From contig CM052817.1 in assembly GCA_028534125.1 (NCBI GenBank), positions 65,350,001-65,414,000 of the forward strand: a DNA stretch of 64,000 bases. Direction: 5' to 3'. This document shows positions 24,254 to 37,760 of the stretch, piece by piece. The notes beneath the pieces are model-generated. The model searched no databases. It was not told the origin of the DNA and saw only the letters and a program-made list of their open reading frames with translations. The position numbers were made by a program, and so were the translations under genes. Every line of letters begins with the position of its first letter. Positions within the stretch are counted from its first letter, which is position 1. Source of the stretch: Lama glama. Taxonomy: Eukaryota.

Positions 24254-27200
24254 CATATTGTATTTAAGTTCTTTCAGTTTATGTGTCCCAGCTCCTTCCC
24301 CTCACCTCCAGTTAGTGAGCTTCTTAGTGAGTGAGACTCTTACTTAGTGAGTTAGTGAGACAGGGACCATGTTTTACTCAATTTTGTGTCACCAGACTCC
24401 ACATGGTCCAAACAATGTCTGAGAAGTAATAAGTGTTCAATAAATGCCCCAAGCATTGGTGGTTGACTTGGCTGGTTGTGTATATTGTCTTTCAAAAAAA
24501 AAAAAACAGATTTCCCAGGCTTCCCAAATTCACAAAATTTTTGGCAGTTGAATTATTAGTGAACTTTACATTTTTCAGTACTATCCTTACCTAAAGTCAC
24601 AGAGATTCCTTCTCATTCTGTTGTTCCATACTGACCTATGTAATTTTAGGCCACTATGTATGATGAATGGTGAGGGCACCTTTAAAATAAGTTATTATTT
24701 TTTCTAAAGGCAGGTGAAGATGTGAGATTATTTTAATTGGCATCTTTACTGTAAAATATTTATTTTCCTAATCTATACTTAGGTTGGCTGTATAGTAATT
24801 TTATATCTGAGTAAGCAGTTTTATAGAAGATAAGATGGACATCTTTCCCTCGGAGTGCAGATTTGCTGAAGTATGATAAGCTGCTACTTCATCTTTTCCC
24901 TTGAAATCTTTTTTTTTCCTATTTCTAGTCAAGCATTTATTAAATCATTAGGAAGAATATTTAGGTCATCTTTTTAATGTGTATTGACCTAGTTACTTTT
25001 TCTTTCTAAGCAGCTGTTTAAGCTAGATTTGTTGAGGAAAGTGGTTGGTTCAGTCTTGCATTAAGTCACATAGCACAGAACAATGAGGAACATTTGCAAG
25101 GTCCTGCTATGTAGCCCTGCTGCCTGTTTCCTCCCTTTGGGTGTCTTTGATTCTGCCCTTTCCCTTTGGAAAGCAAGGTCTTGTTGAACCAGGGCTGTAC
25201 ATGATTACCTTTTTTCATATAGATGGTCCCATTAAGGAGTGTCTGCCATTGAAAACCTCTTCACTGATATTACATGCTGACGATTCTAGAATCGCCATGT
25301 GGCTTGAACCCTTCCCCAAACTGAAGGGCATATTAACAAAGAACTCGTTAGTGAGTGATGAACATAAACAACAGCCCCACACGTTACTCACTGGGCAGTT
25401 TGAAACTGCATGTCTGATGCCCTCAGTAGTCTCTTTGGGAGTTCCATTTTCAGAGACATAAGACAGGACAGTTGTGTAAGTGCAGTCTTGATAAATGGAA
25501 ACTCTGTATCATTACCTTTGTTTGTGGCAGAAAATCTTCTTTTGCTTTCACATTAATCACAAACTTTCTTCTAGATGATTATACAAGCAAGTCTCCAAAT
25601 TTCTTAGAATAATCCTATTAGAAGTCTTATTGGTCAGAGAGTATCTCTGTTCTAGATGACGGAATAGTTTTGATGGAATATAAACAAATAGTCCCTTATT
25701 CTACTGCCAGGCTTGCTGCAAAATTATGGCTGAAATATACAGAGATCTTACAAAAATTTGACTTTGTTGACAGTCTTCCACTGTTTTTGTTTTTATCCAG
25801 CCAATTTGAATTTCAGGGAAAATACAGCTGAATAAAACATTTCATGTAAATTTTATTTGCTCTGGTTTACATTTTTACTTCTAATGAGGCACTGATTCTT
25901 AAATCAGCCAACTTGAACTAATAATACAGCTGAAAGGGGATGTACCCTAAGACAGCCAGCTCTTCCTGTTCTATGGGATTATGCTCTCAAATAGCCTACT
26001 TTATTGTTTGTTGAACAAACCTATCTTCCTTAGTCATGCAGTCTTTGAAAATGGTTCTGGTTTCCTGACAGCACCTTGGGAGTCTAGAGTGAGCTGGGCT
26101 TAGACAGAAGACTAAGAATCAAATACCTTTCTTCCTCTTATGGAGCATTTTCTCTTCCTTCTCTGTGGCTGCACTTCCCACTGCTGTCCTGTCCCTATTT
26201 CTGCTATTTTGGTCACCTGTATACTGTGAATAGACTTACTGGTTTTCTCTCTCTCCATTTGAATCTCGCTCTCCGTCTGTAAAAGCCACAGTCCTCATGT
26301 CTACCTTGGGAAATCATACCCATCCTTCAGGGCTCAACTCACAAGCCATCTTCACTTGAACCCTTTCCCAAACACCCAAGTCTCTTTCTCCCTCTGCACA
26401 TCTCTAGCATTATTGTTGGTACTGTTTCTACTGCAGCCATTCCCTCATCCTTTTTACCAGGATAATTTGTGCACATCTTCTCTCCCCTCCTAGACTCTGT
26501 GCTCCTGGGAAGTGGAAACTGTGTCCTTGTTTTTTCTAGAGAGCACAGTTCAGTCTCTGGTATAAAATAGGAACGTGACATTTCTGGAGTGCATGAGTGC
26601 AGATAGTGTCTTTAGGGAATCTGCGTGCATATTGGCAAATTGCATTCCCTCTGTTTGCATGGCTTTCTTCCACTGCAGATTCAAGAAGTAGCAGACATGA
26701 CACAGGGGTACAAGTCCTGGGCTCTGTCTCTTTTGTGTCTCAGTTAAGCCAGCCAGAAGCTGGCCAACAAGGGCCCTGATAAAAGGAATCCACTTTCAGG
26801 ACAGGAGACTAGAAAACACAGACAGTTCGTTTTGATCTCTGTAATGTGTTTATTGGTTTCAGTGCCCATCTCATGGAAAGGAAATATTTATTTTGCTATT
26901 CTCCATTTAATACTTGGTATTTTAAAAATGTGTTTATATAAGAACAGAGCAGAAAAGAAGCTGCTCCTTCTATTTTTTTATGAAGATTTGACTGCACTGG
27001 AGAGATATTATCATTTGATTTCACAGAGGAATACAAATCTTAATTATTAGACTATAAAATATCCCCAAGCAAAATTTTCTTGCAATCTCATTAAATATAA
27101 TTTCTTTAAGTTCTAAAGTCTAATTTAACTAACCAAAGGCAATGTGATTATGTAACTGCAAAATTTAAGTGATTCAGAAGTGTAGTATAAAAAAAAATTA

Positions 27201-28004
27201 CTAAAAATCCAAGCAGTTCATCCAAAGCAGCAAGTGAGAAATGCAAAAACTATTGCAGTCAAAAATGTAATTATAAGCACATCCATAGGAAAATGTGCAG
27301 GAAAGTTGCAATGTCTAAGATGCTTTTTCAGGGTGAAGTGTATACACTGCTGGGTATGGAGGTTTAATGCTGCAGAGGAATTCTCACAGCATCCTTGGGC
27401 TGGATGCTGGGGAAAGTTGCTTTATCAGTAACTCTTGAAGATGTTCCTCATGCCCAGTTCATCCATGCAGAGGGAAGGTAGAACAGTGAGCATTATTATT
27501 AGAAAGAGAACTTCAGGTCTTGGCACATGACACAAGGCAAACCCAGGATTATAAAGCAGGAAGACAGGGTGTGGTGGTGCAAATTTGAGGCAGCCAACCT
27601 CTATAGAGATTCCTTAAATAGAATGTAACTGCGGGGACTTAGGAGCAAGTATGTTAGCAGAGACAATGAGAAAGGACCCTGATCAAAGAAAACACATACG
27701 ACATGAGACAAGAAAATCAGGAACATACAGAGGAGAACCTCAGACAAAATATAAACAGGAAGCTAGGCAAGAGAACAGAGCAAGCCCAAGAGCTGCAACT
27801 CACGGTTTTCCCTTCTTCTGGAGGAGAAAATGAAGTGTGAGAACCTGAATCTGAATCCTTTGTAGATGTTTACATACATTTATACCTAAGGTGATTCCAT
27901 GATTACTTTTGCTTTTTTTCAGCATTCTTTAAGTTGTATCTAGAAAGTCTCCATATGGAAAACCATTGTAGGGATGGAACTTGCTGACAATTTGAATTAA
28001 GATA

Positions 28005-28375
28005 CAGAAACAGACTCACAGACATAGAAAACAAACTTTATAATAGAAACTTGTTGTTTACCTATTTTATATATAGTAGTGTGCATCTGCAAATCTTGAC
28101 CTCCCAATTTATCCCTTCCCACCCCTTCCCTCCGCTTCCCCCACTGGTAGCCGTAAGTTTGTTTTCTACGTCTGTGAGTCAGTTTCTGATTTGTAAATAA
28201 ATTCATTTGTGTCTCTCCTTTTTTTTTTAGCTTCTACATATGAGTGATATCATATGGTATTTTTCTTTCTCTTTTCTGGCTTACTTCACTTAGAGTGACA
28301 ATATCCAGGTCCATCCACATTGCTGCAAATGGCATTATTTTATTCTTTTTATGGCTGAGTAAAATTCTATTGTAT
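28005..28375 (-). mobile_element. L1 ORF2-end/3'UTR fragment with inverted duplication
   Basis: Minus-strand L1 motifs 'gctgcaaatggcattattttattc' and 'ggcttacttcacttag'; inverted copy at 28005-28038. Confidence 0.85.
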
Positions 28376-30859
28376 TTATATTTAGTTTTTTAATTATTTA
28401 TTTTAGAAATCATTTTTAGTTTTTTTTTACTTGATTGATGAAAAAAATGTGGATACCATATTACATTTATAGCTTCAAAAATTGTATAAGAAATAATCAA
28501 CTTAAAAGCAATTTCAGGAAGCTACAGATACGACATATTAACTTATATTGTTTAAACATTATAAGTTCTTTCCTCATAACATTGGTTAAATAATCTTTAC
28601 ACTTATCTTGGTATCTTTCACAAATTTAATGTTTACTTATCACTTAATTCCAAGGAAATAGTAGGGGAGTGATCATAGCACACTGACTTACATGGAAACT
28701 CATTGTTAATTTTTTTGAGTGAAGAAGAAGTTTGACTTACCCTTCTGAATGCAACTCAGAACAGGGTCTGAATTTCTTACTTTTAAGCAAATATTCTGAA
28801 AAATGAAATCAATGATATGTCTGAACAGTCTGTGAGTTTAGAAATTTGGGCAGCAAGAATGTCTGCTGTTACAATATTTTACATGCTATTCTCCTTGTTA
28901 GTGACCTTCCAAATTTAAGGTTGTTTTTTTTTTTCAGCTATAGGTAGCAATGTAATTCTTTGCATCTCCATGTCAGATGATAGGCACACATCTCCATGTT
29001 CCTAATATAATGTTTTTAATCTTTTGATATCAAATATACTATTCTGTGAAAAGTGGCCTGTTAGGAAACTTGTAAGAAGTTTTTTGGATCTGAAATCATA
29101 CGTCTGGTGGTATTTACCCCAAACTCCAGCAATCTGCTGAAAAGTGAAACATCTCTAAAACCCTTCTGTTCGAGTTGGAAGGGACTTGAGTGATCATCTA
29201 TGCTTTCTAATGTAAAGACCACTCTCCTCTCCTTGGGGAAAAATAGTGTGAAAGAAAGGCTTCTATCTTCATTCAAACATCTGCTAACATAACACCATCT
29301 TCTACAATCGGGGATATTTTATTTTCTTGATTCTACCTGCTTTAAATCTAATCTAAAAGTTCCTTTTTGCTTTATTCGGTTATTTTGACTTTAGAATGTT
29401 AGCTATTGTGACATTATTTTCATTTGTTATTTTTTTAATTTTATTTTTCGTTGTGTACATATCTGTCTTTTCATCATTTAAAACAACTTGAGTTTACCAG
29501 AAGGCTTCCTTTGCAACAAACTGGTTTCACTGGGCACATCTTTGTTTTCTTTCTCCAGAACAAAGGGCAAGCTAAAATGGGCTTCCCTGATTTCTACAAA
29601 GCTATACTTACTATAGTTGTATCTGGAAACACCTGGACAAAATTTCTTTCTTTTCTTTTCTTTTTTTTTTTTTCCTGGATCATCAACATGATGCAATTAT
29701 TAGGAGAAATCAAGTAAAAAGGTACAGGAATCCATGTTTAGTGCTCCAGCTGCTAGATTCTAGAGATGCCTTTTCTGCTATTTCTGTACTTTCTCAGTGA
29801 TGGTCAGAAAGAGGCTAGCCTTATAAGATTCAAGTTTTCAAAATACTCCTTTTGAAAATAGTGTAAAAAATGCTTCAAATACACAGAGTTTTTAAATAGT
29901 GATTATCTCTGGTGGCAGCATTATGGGAGTTTTTTTCATGTGCTTTTTGCCTCTCTGTGTTTTCTAATTTTTCTTAAAAAAAAAAAAATTGAGGAGTCTC
30001 AGTTCTACAAAAAACCAGTGCATACATTTCACACATTTATATATCACTGATATTTGTCCTAGTCAAACAGTCATTCTGTTAGCCTTGCTGTCTTTTCCTG
30101 TGATTCCTTATTCCCAAAACTCAAAGATCTCATGAATTTCTCTTCTCTGAGAGTTCTACCCATGGAATACAAAAAGAACCTATGGATACATTCATTCATT
30201 TGGCAGTTTGGTCACTTGTTGTTAATCAAAACTTTTTTTAAATTGAACTGAATTCAATTCAAACTGGTTATTTTTCCAAAGGAATTCTTTAAACAGATTT
30301 CCTCTGATGCGCAAATAAATGTAGCATCCTGTTGTCAGTAGCATTGCTGTCTCATCTGTAATTGCTCAATCTTGAATATCCAAAGTCTTATTTTCAGGGT
30401 TGTTTTGGCATCGGATGCATCCTAAATAGCTAGAACTGGCCCAGAAAACAGAGTCTGACAGTTTTTATTATTTCTTTTTCCCTTCTACCCTCATGCACTG
30501 TCATTCCCCCCTGTGGGCTGTAAGGAGAGACTCTTTGGAATTAAAAGCGTACTCCAGCATTAGCTTTGCTCGTATTCTTGTTCAGTGTCAGACCTGGACA
30601 GTTGCAGAGGATGATGTGACTGTGTGGTCTTTGTTGAAATTAATACCTTTTTAAAGATGGAGGAGTGAATAAATAAGCGACAGAAACCTGCCAATTATGA
30701 AATCTGTGCCCAGGGGTCCAAGATTATGACACTGCTCAATGTGGACTAGGTCCTGCTCAGAATAGTCTGTTGAGAATTGGGTGCGCCCCTTTACAGAGAA
30801 AAGACAAATCATGACACATTCATGCTGAACCAACACAGCAGCAATGTAGCATTTTCTTG

Positions 30860-31070
30860 AAATTACTACGTTTCCGGCACCTCAGACGTTATGTACATTA
30901 TATCATTAAATGGTAAGTATTGTTATTGCCATTTTTATGGATTAGGAGACTAAAACTTAGATACTTTTCTTGGTCAAAGTTACACACAGAGAGGGTAGAT
31001 GTAGGATTAAAACCCTAGCTTTTCTGAGTTTGATGCCCCAGCTCCAAGCCCCACATGACACTGCTCTACA
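30860..31070 (-). mobile_element. MIR
   Basis: 'ggtaagtattgttattgccatttttatggattaggagactaaaacttaga...caaagttacacac'. Confidence 0.55.
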
Positions 31071-34000
31071 CAGTACCCTGACCAATGAAAGAAATTAGGG
31101 CTGTAGTATATAGAAAAGGCTGTAGAAACTTTGGGGGAAGATATGGCGGAAAGAGTAGAGGGAAGAAGAAAACTTGTGGTGGGAGGAATGGAAGCAGCCA
31201 TCCAGTATAGTAAGGGTTGTAACGTGGAAGAGAGATTCAATTTGCTTTTTGCTTTTATGACTCCAAAGGAGTAAAGGCATTATGAGGTGTAAATCACTGA
31301 GCCATAGATCAAAGAAAGACCTTCCTGGCTGTCAGTGGTATACAGAACAGAGTTGGTTTTGGAAGAAGCGAGATCCCTGTCTCTACAGGTGTTCTGTAAC
31401 TGGCAGAGAGAGAGTGGGAAATATGCATTGGATGTGTGCTGGGCTATTTTTAAAAGTTCCTTTCAACAGTGAAATAATGTGTATAAACACACTTTCTAGA
31501 CTAGAGAAAGTTGATCTGGAAACTCATGCATTTTAATAAGATTTACACTTAGAGCTTTTTTTTTTTTTTGTAACAATGAGAGAAAGAGTAAACCACATGC
31601 ATTGTCTTCTCAATTTTCTGACTGTCCAGAGGTATTAACTTTTGAGATGTTCGTTATGGTGACTGGGAGTCTGGAGTTGGAGAAACCTAAGTGATTCCTC
31701 CTAAAATAAAGTCTGTTACTCTGATTGCATTTGTTGCATGCCCAAGTCCATTATCTGTTGGAGCTGCTGGATGGACAGAAAGTGGACAAAAGCTATGTTC
31801 ATACCAAGAAACCCACTCTGAATGCTTGCTCTTCATTATCCTTTCTGAGGTGGAAATAATCTATCACACTGGCAGAGGTGGAAAGAGAAAGTGTTGGCCC
31901 ATCTGTGGTGCATTCAAACCTTGAGTAAGCAGTAGTGACTAAGGACATTTCCTTTTAGCAGCCAACTGCCAACTCCCCACATCTTCTCTGTATCTTGAGT
32001 CAGGACTTCCCGATTAGTGTGCCATTTTGCTTTTCATTTAGAGTGCGTAAATTCAGAAGTTGTGTGAATTGCTCACCAGGCGTCATAGCAGTGTAATGAG
32101 TGATGGCTTTTGAAAGCATCTACCATGTTGAACTTGCAAAGACAAACGCAGGGCTTCCCACAACTGATCTTGACTCAACAACATTGCAGTAACATTGCAG
32201 TGACTCATTTACTCAAAATGATCACTTGAAACACAATATATTTCCCCCAGAAGCTTCCATGTTACTTCATAATCATAACTAAAGACAAATAATAAGATTC
32301 TGAAGCAGTTTTATTTTCAATACTGCCTGGAATGTATCACAGGGTTGAGAAAAAGGCTATGCAAAGATGATCTCGGGTAAGGGTGGAGCTTCCTCAGAAT
32401 CTGCAAGGAAAAGCAGGGGCAGCATTTAACCCCTCCCAGAGTGAGGCAGATTGACTGCTATCTATTTTATAGTCTCCTTCGTCATCTTGTTAGTGTTTAA
32501 TTTTAATTTTTTCAAAGTATTTATTATACACAATTTTTAAAGTCAACTAATATTACAACTTCTCACCATCTCCTTTTCCACTCCCCAGGTATAATCATTT
32601 TCAACTTTTTTTAGCTACTGCATCCAATAATTACCCACATATTTTTAATGGGATGATTAATTACTACTTCATCATGTTTTATGTTTTTTAGATGCTATCT
32701 ATTGACTGTAAAGGATGAAATATCTTGCTTTCTAATACTCCTCTTCACAAAGATATATTTATTCTTCCTGAAAATTTGCAAACTGTCTTTATGGTTAAGC
32801 CCATATTCAGGATTTTCCTTGTTTTGCACTTGTCAATGTTCACTGCTAAGTGTATTTCTTCTGAAACTTTTATTTTTCCTGTGAGTTCATTGCTTCTTCT
32901 TATTCTGCTTATTGGCTTTCTTCAAGTTTCTGGTTAGGATTTCCTACATCCTTTAACAGCTCTGTAAAATAACTTTCAATTCTCTTCCGACATGCTTTCT
33001 TTCCCACTTAGCTGCAGTCCTGGGACATATCCTTGCTGTCATTCAAGGAGATCTCTTGTATTACAGCATCTACTCCTTGGATATCATGTCTTGATCTTCT
33101 TGGTTTAATTCTTTTTTTTTTTTTTTGATGAGACATAACCTCCAGCAATCTCCTAAAAAAGGGGAAAAAAGATGCATAGAGGCAACATCTTTGCAGAACG
33201 TGAATGTCTGAAAATGTGTTTATTCCATGCTAATGTTTGATTAATATCGATTTGGATTTGAAAAACACTTACGCTCTCTATAGGGGAGGACTCATAGTAA
33301 GACTCCATGGTCCCTGACAAAGCTGGCCAGTCTAGTGTGCATTTAGGAAGAAAGTGGCCTGAGAACAAATTCAGGGTCTACTGGCACCAGCTTCTCTGGA
33401 TGTCACCAGGACAAATGAATCCATTTTCATTCCTTAGAATCATGGGCATTATTTGAAAATATGCTGCAGTGCTGCTGTCTCACCAGGTGATACTGTTGTA
33501 TAGTTTTGTATATCCATTGGTAGGTAACTATCCATCTATTATTAGAAGGAAATGGGCCACATCAGGCCACGGTTTTGTGTGTGACTCAAGTAGAATATGT
33601 GCCTTGCGCTTAAGAAAAGAATGCACAAGTAGAAAGATTATGTGCTCTCATTCTGAGACTTTTAACCCAAAGTCTTCTGTAGATCATCTGTGTGGGTCCT
33701 TGACTTGAGTGAAATTTTTATTTTGTGTTATTTAGATACTCTAAGCTTCAGTGCCCTAATAATAAAGTGAAGCTAATATTAATACCTCCTCATATGGTGG
33801 TTGTGATTTTTAATATTTAGAGAGACCCACAGCATGCAAAGTTAAGAACAATTGAGCTCTAATCCCCCTCTTTCTTCCGTTTAATTGAAGGAAAAACAGA
33901 TTCCATAGAGGCTATCTGTCATGTTGATGTGACATGTGCTTTTAGCACAGCTGAGCTCAGCATGCTAGATTTTTGACTCCCTGACTGAAGTCTTCCCACA

Positions 34001-34442
34001 TTAGCTTCAGCCAAGGTTATATCTGAGCCTTATCTATCATTATTGCTCACTTATTTTCCAAGGGAAGTTGAGGTGAAAGTTTTTGTCTTGAGATTCATTG
34101 CCTACAATTAAATGTGGCTGAAAGAGGCCTCTGAAATCAGAAAGTGTCAAGGAAGTAGCATTTATTTCTGCCATTATTCATTCTTACCTGGCCATGGGAA
34201 ACATGTGAATATAGATAAATCAATATAGAGGCAAAATCTTGACAGCATTGCACGATTTAAGTATACACTGGAGTCTTAAGGCAATGACAACCATGTTGGA
34301 AGGATAAACATCCCACCAAAGGACTTTTGACCAAGAAGATCATGGACTTTGTTTAATTGATCTCTTTTGCAAAGTCAGTTAATGTAACTATGTGGGAGTA
34401 GGGCAATAAGTTAACATCCTGTGATCAGAAAATATTAAATTT

Positions 34443-37400
34443 GGGGGCAAAGCAAGATGGCAGAGTAGAAGGATGCTTGTAGCTCACCCTCTCCCCACAA
34501 ATACACTGAAACCCACATCTACGGACCCACTCAGCCAACCAGAGCACCTGCCAAACTCCGACAGAACATTGCCCTCTTCAAAAGACAAAGACGCCAAAAA
34601 TCTGGTAGGAGAAAAGGAAAAAAGAAAGAAGAAAAAGCAAAACAGTGTGGGACCAATCCTGAGGGGAGAGAGCAGCAAAGGAGGACTGGCGCTCGCTCGC
34701 TGGGTCTCTCCTCTCCGACAGAGAGGCCAGTGGGATGGTGGGGGAGCCTCTGAGGCTCAGATCTGCCCTGAGCACCCCTTGACCGACAGAACTGAGTTAA
34801 ACGGTCACAAAGGGTCCCCGTGACAGCCAGCCTGAGACGCGAGCTGGCAGCTGGGGGCCGGGACAGGCTGCCTGAGCCAGGCGGAGCACTGGAGTGGCTG
34901 CACTGAGGCAGCCCTGGGGGACTGCAGGGTGCTGTGTGCTGTGGCTGGGAGGGGATACAGAGCAGAACAACCTCAGTCCCCCATAAATTGTGAAAAAAGC
35001 AAAGCAACACAGCTGGTGTGCCCTGGGGGAAGGGGCGCCATAGCCTTTGTCTCCTCAGACTTGCACCGCCATTACTGGTGCATCTCGCGACAAGAGAGAC
35101 AGGGCACAGCCACAGCTGCCATCTCCTCCTGTGCACAGCACCAGGGCAGTGGCAGGGCCGAGCCCTGAATCTGCACCTGGGGGCTCTGCAACCTCGTAGA
35201 CAGGACTGAGACTTGTTTACAGCCCGAGGCAGATAGGATCTTTCTGCCCTGGCACCTCAGAGAACTTGCACCACCAAGACAAACAAGGAGCTGAGATTTG
35301 GCACGGAGCAGGGGCAGGGCTGTTCCATGGTCTTCTGAGCCCGACTTTGGAAAGTGGACCTGAGGTGGAGCGGGCAGCTGCACAGAGCAGTGGGCTGACT
35401 GGCACCAGGAGAGGGCGGGCAGCCACCTGCCATCCTGGCAGGAGCACAGCACCTGACCACACAGCTGGGAAGGGGTGCAATCCGCCCACCTGCCTCCCCC
35501 AAGTGCAGCATCTGACTGTGGCATCGGGAGAGGGAGTGACCCGCCCACCCACTGGGTAAGAGCTCAGCTCCTGACCCAGTGTTGGGAGGGGGCACGATCT
35601 GCTAGCCAACAGCCACTGGGAGCAGCACAGGCAAGGGTGCCAACAGAGGGCCTCTGGAAACAGCAAACTGAGTTCGCAAAACAGGGCAAAGACACAAAGA
35701 CCTCTCGAGAATATCATTAAGAGCACACTGTCTCCAGGAGAACTAGATAACTGATACTCCTTAAGCCACAGTGCCAGAGAGATATAAGCAATTTGAAGAA
35801 GCAGAGGAACCACTCCTAATTAAAAGATCAAGAGAAATCCTCTGAAAGCACAATCAAGGAAATAGACATTGATGGCCTACTAGATCAAGATTTCAAACAA
35901 GGAGTGATCAAAGTACTGAAGGAACTAAAAGAAATAGTGTTTAGAGATATAAAATATGTCAAAAATGATATAGAAGCTATAAAGAAGAACCAAGTAGAAT
36001 TAGTAAACTCATTTGCTGAGATGAGAGCTGACCTAAAGGCTGTACAAAGCAGGCTAGACTATGCAGAGGAACAAATAACTGACCTAGAAGACAGGACAAC
36101 AGAAAGCACCCAATCAGAATGGCTTAGAGAAAAACAAATAAAAAATAATGAAAACAATATAGGGGACCTATGGGATAATATAAAGCATGCCAATCTATGC
36201 ATAATAGGGGTTCCAGAAGGGGAAGAAAGAACAAAGGGAATTGAAAAGGTATTTGAAGAAATTATGACTGAAAACTTCCCAAACCTAAAGGAATCAGATA
36301 TCCAAGTACAGGAAGCTCAGAGAGTCCCAAACAAGAAGAACCCTAACAGACCCACACCAACGCATATCATAATCAAGATGGCCAGAGTCAAGGATAAAGA
36401 AATGATCCTAAAGGCAGCAAGAGAAAAACAAAGAGTGAGTTACAAGGGAACCCCCATAAGGCTCTCAGCTGATTTCTCTACACAGACACTACAGGCCAGA
36501 AGGGAGTGGCAAGATATATTCAAACTCCTGAGTGAAAAAAAGATGCAGCCTAGGATACTCTATCTAGCAAGGCTATCCTTTTGAATAGAAGGAGAGATCA
36601 AGAACTTCACAGACAACCAAAAACTAAAAGAGTTTAGCAACACTAAACCCATGCTAAAAGAAATATTGACAGGTCTACCCTAAATAGAAAAGAAGCAGGA
36701 TGCTACAAAAATGAGAAACTCATAACTGGAAAGGAGATAACTGCCATGAATTACAAAAACAATAAACACAAAATTATAAAAGAAGACATCTAACTCATTA
36801 AGAGTGGGAGAGGGAAGCAAGGAAAACCACTGTGGAAAACAGTATGGAGATTCCTCAAAAGACTAGGAATAGACTTACCCTATGACCCAGGACTCCTGCT
36901 TCTGGGCATATATCAGAAAGAACCCTACTTCAAAATGACACCTGCACCCCAATATTCATAGCAGCACTATTTACAATAGCCATGACATGGAAGCAGCCTT
37001 AATGTCCATCAACAGATGACTGAATAAAGAAGTGGTATATTTATACGATGGAATACTATTCAGCCACAAAAACCGACAACATAACGCCATTTGCAGCAAC
37101 ATGGATGTTCCTGAAGAATGTCATTCTAAGTGAAGTAAGCCAGAAAGAGAAAAATACCATATGAGATTGCTTATATGAGGAATCTAAAAAAAAAAAAAAA
37201 CAAAACAAAACATAAATACAAAACAGAAACAAACTCATACACAAGAATACAAACTTGTGGTTGCCAAGGGGGTAGGGGGTGGGAAGGGGCAGACTGGGAT
37301 TTTAAAATGCAGAATAGATAAACAAGATTATACTGTATAGCACAGGGAAAAATATACAAGATCTTGTGGTAGCTCACAGTGAAGAAAATAAATGTGACAA

Positions 37401-37503
37401 TGAATATATATGTTCATGTATGACTGAAAAATTGTGCTCTACACCAGAATTTGACACAATATTGCAAAATAACTATTACTCAATAAAAAATGTAAAAAAA
37501 GAA
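34443..37503 (+). mobile_element. L1 with intact 5' and 3' ends but internal deletion of nearly all of ORF2 (half-L1-like)
   Basis: 5' start GGGGGCAAAGCAAGATGGCAGAGTAG (YY1-type CAAGATGGC); GC-rich 5'UTR; ORF1; junction at 36826/36827; 3'UTR with AATAAA and A-tail; perfect 16-bp TSD AGAAAATATTAAATTT at 34427-34442 and 37504-37519. Confidence 0.92.
35793..36683 (+). pseudogene. L1 ORF1p (coiled coil-RRM-CTD), inactivated
   Basis: Peptides LWDNIKHANLCIIGVPEGEE, PTPTHIIIKM and YKGTPIRLSADFSTQTLQARREW are typical of ORF1p; presumed start reads TTG; in-frame stops at 35817-35819 and 36582-36584; no frameshift up to TAA at 36683. Confidence 0.92.
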
Positions 37504-37559
37504 AGAAAATATTAAATTTTGATTACTAATAACTCGTACCTTTTTATGGGTATATTACT

Positions 37560-37760
37560 TACAAAATGCTTTCATGTATTACTTGATTTAAAAATAAAAA
37601 CAACCTTGTATAGTAAATTATCATTGCCCATATTTACAAAAGAGTAACTGAGAACAGAGATTTGAAGAGGTTTGCCCTAAGTCATATAGCTAAGAAGCGC
37701 TAGAACTGAAACAAGAGCACTTGCCTTCTGATTCCAAATTCAGTTCTTTTTCCATCTTAC
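37560..37760 (-). mobile_element. MIR
   Basis: 'cccatatttacaaaagagtaactgagaacagagatttgaagaggtttgccctaagtcatatagctaag'. Confidence 0.65.

Noticed and set aside
34473..35813. Multiple 100-200 aa ORFs on both strands
   Set aside because: They lie in the GC-rich L1 5'UTR and have no recognisable homology
35904..36584. 226-aa ORF as a functional or domesticated gene
   Set aside because: It is an L1 ORF1 segment between two nonsense mutations and lacks the native start
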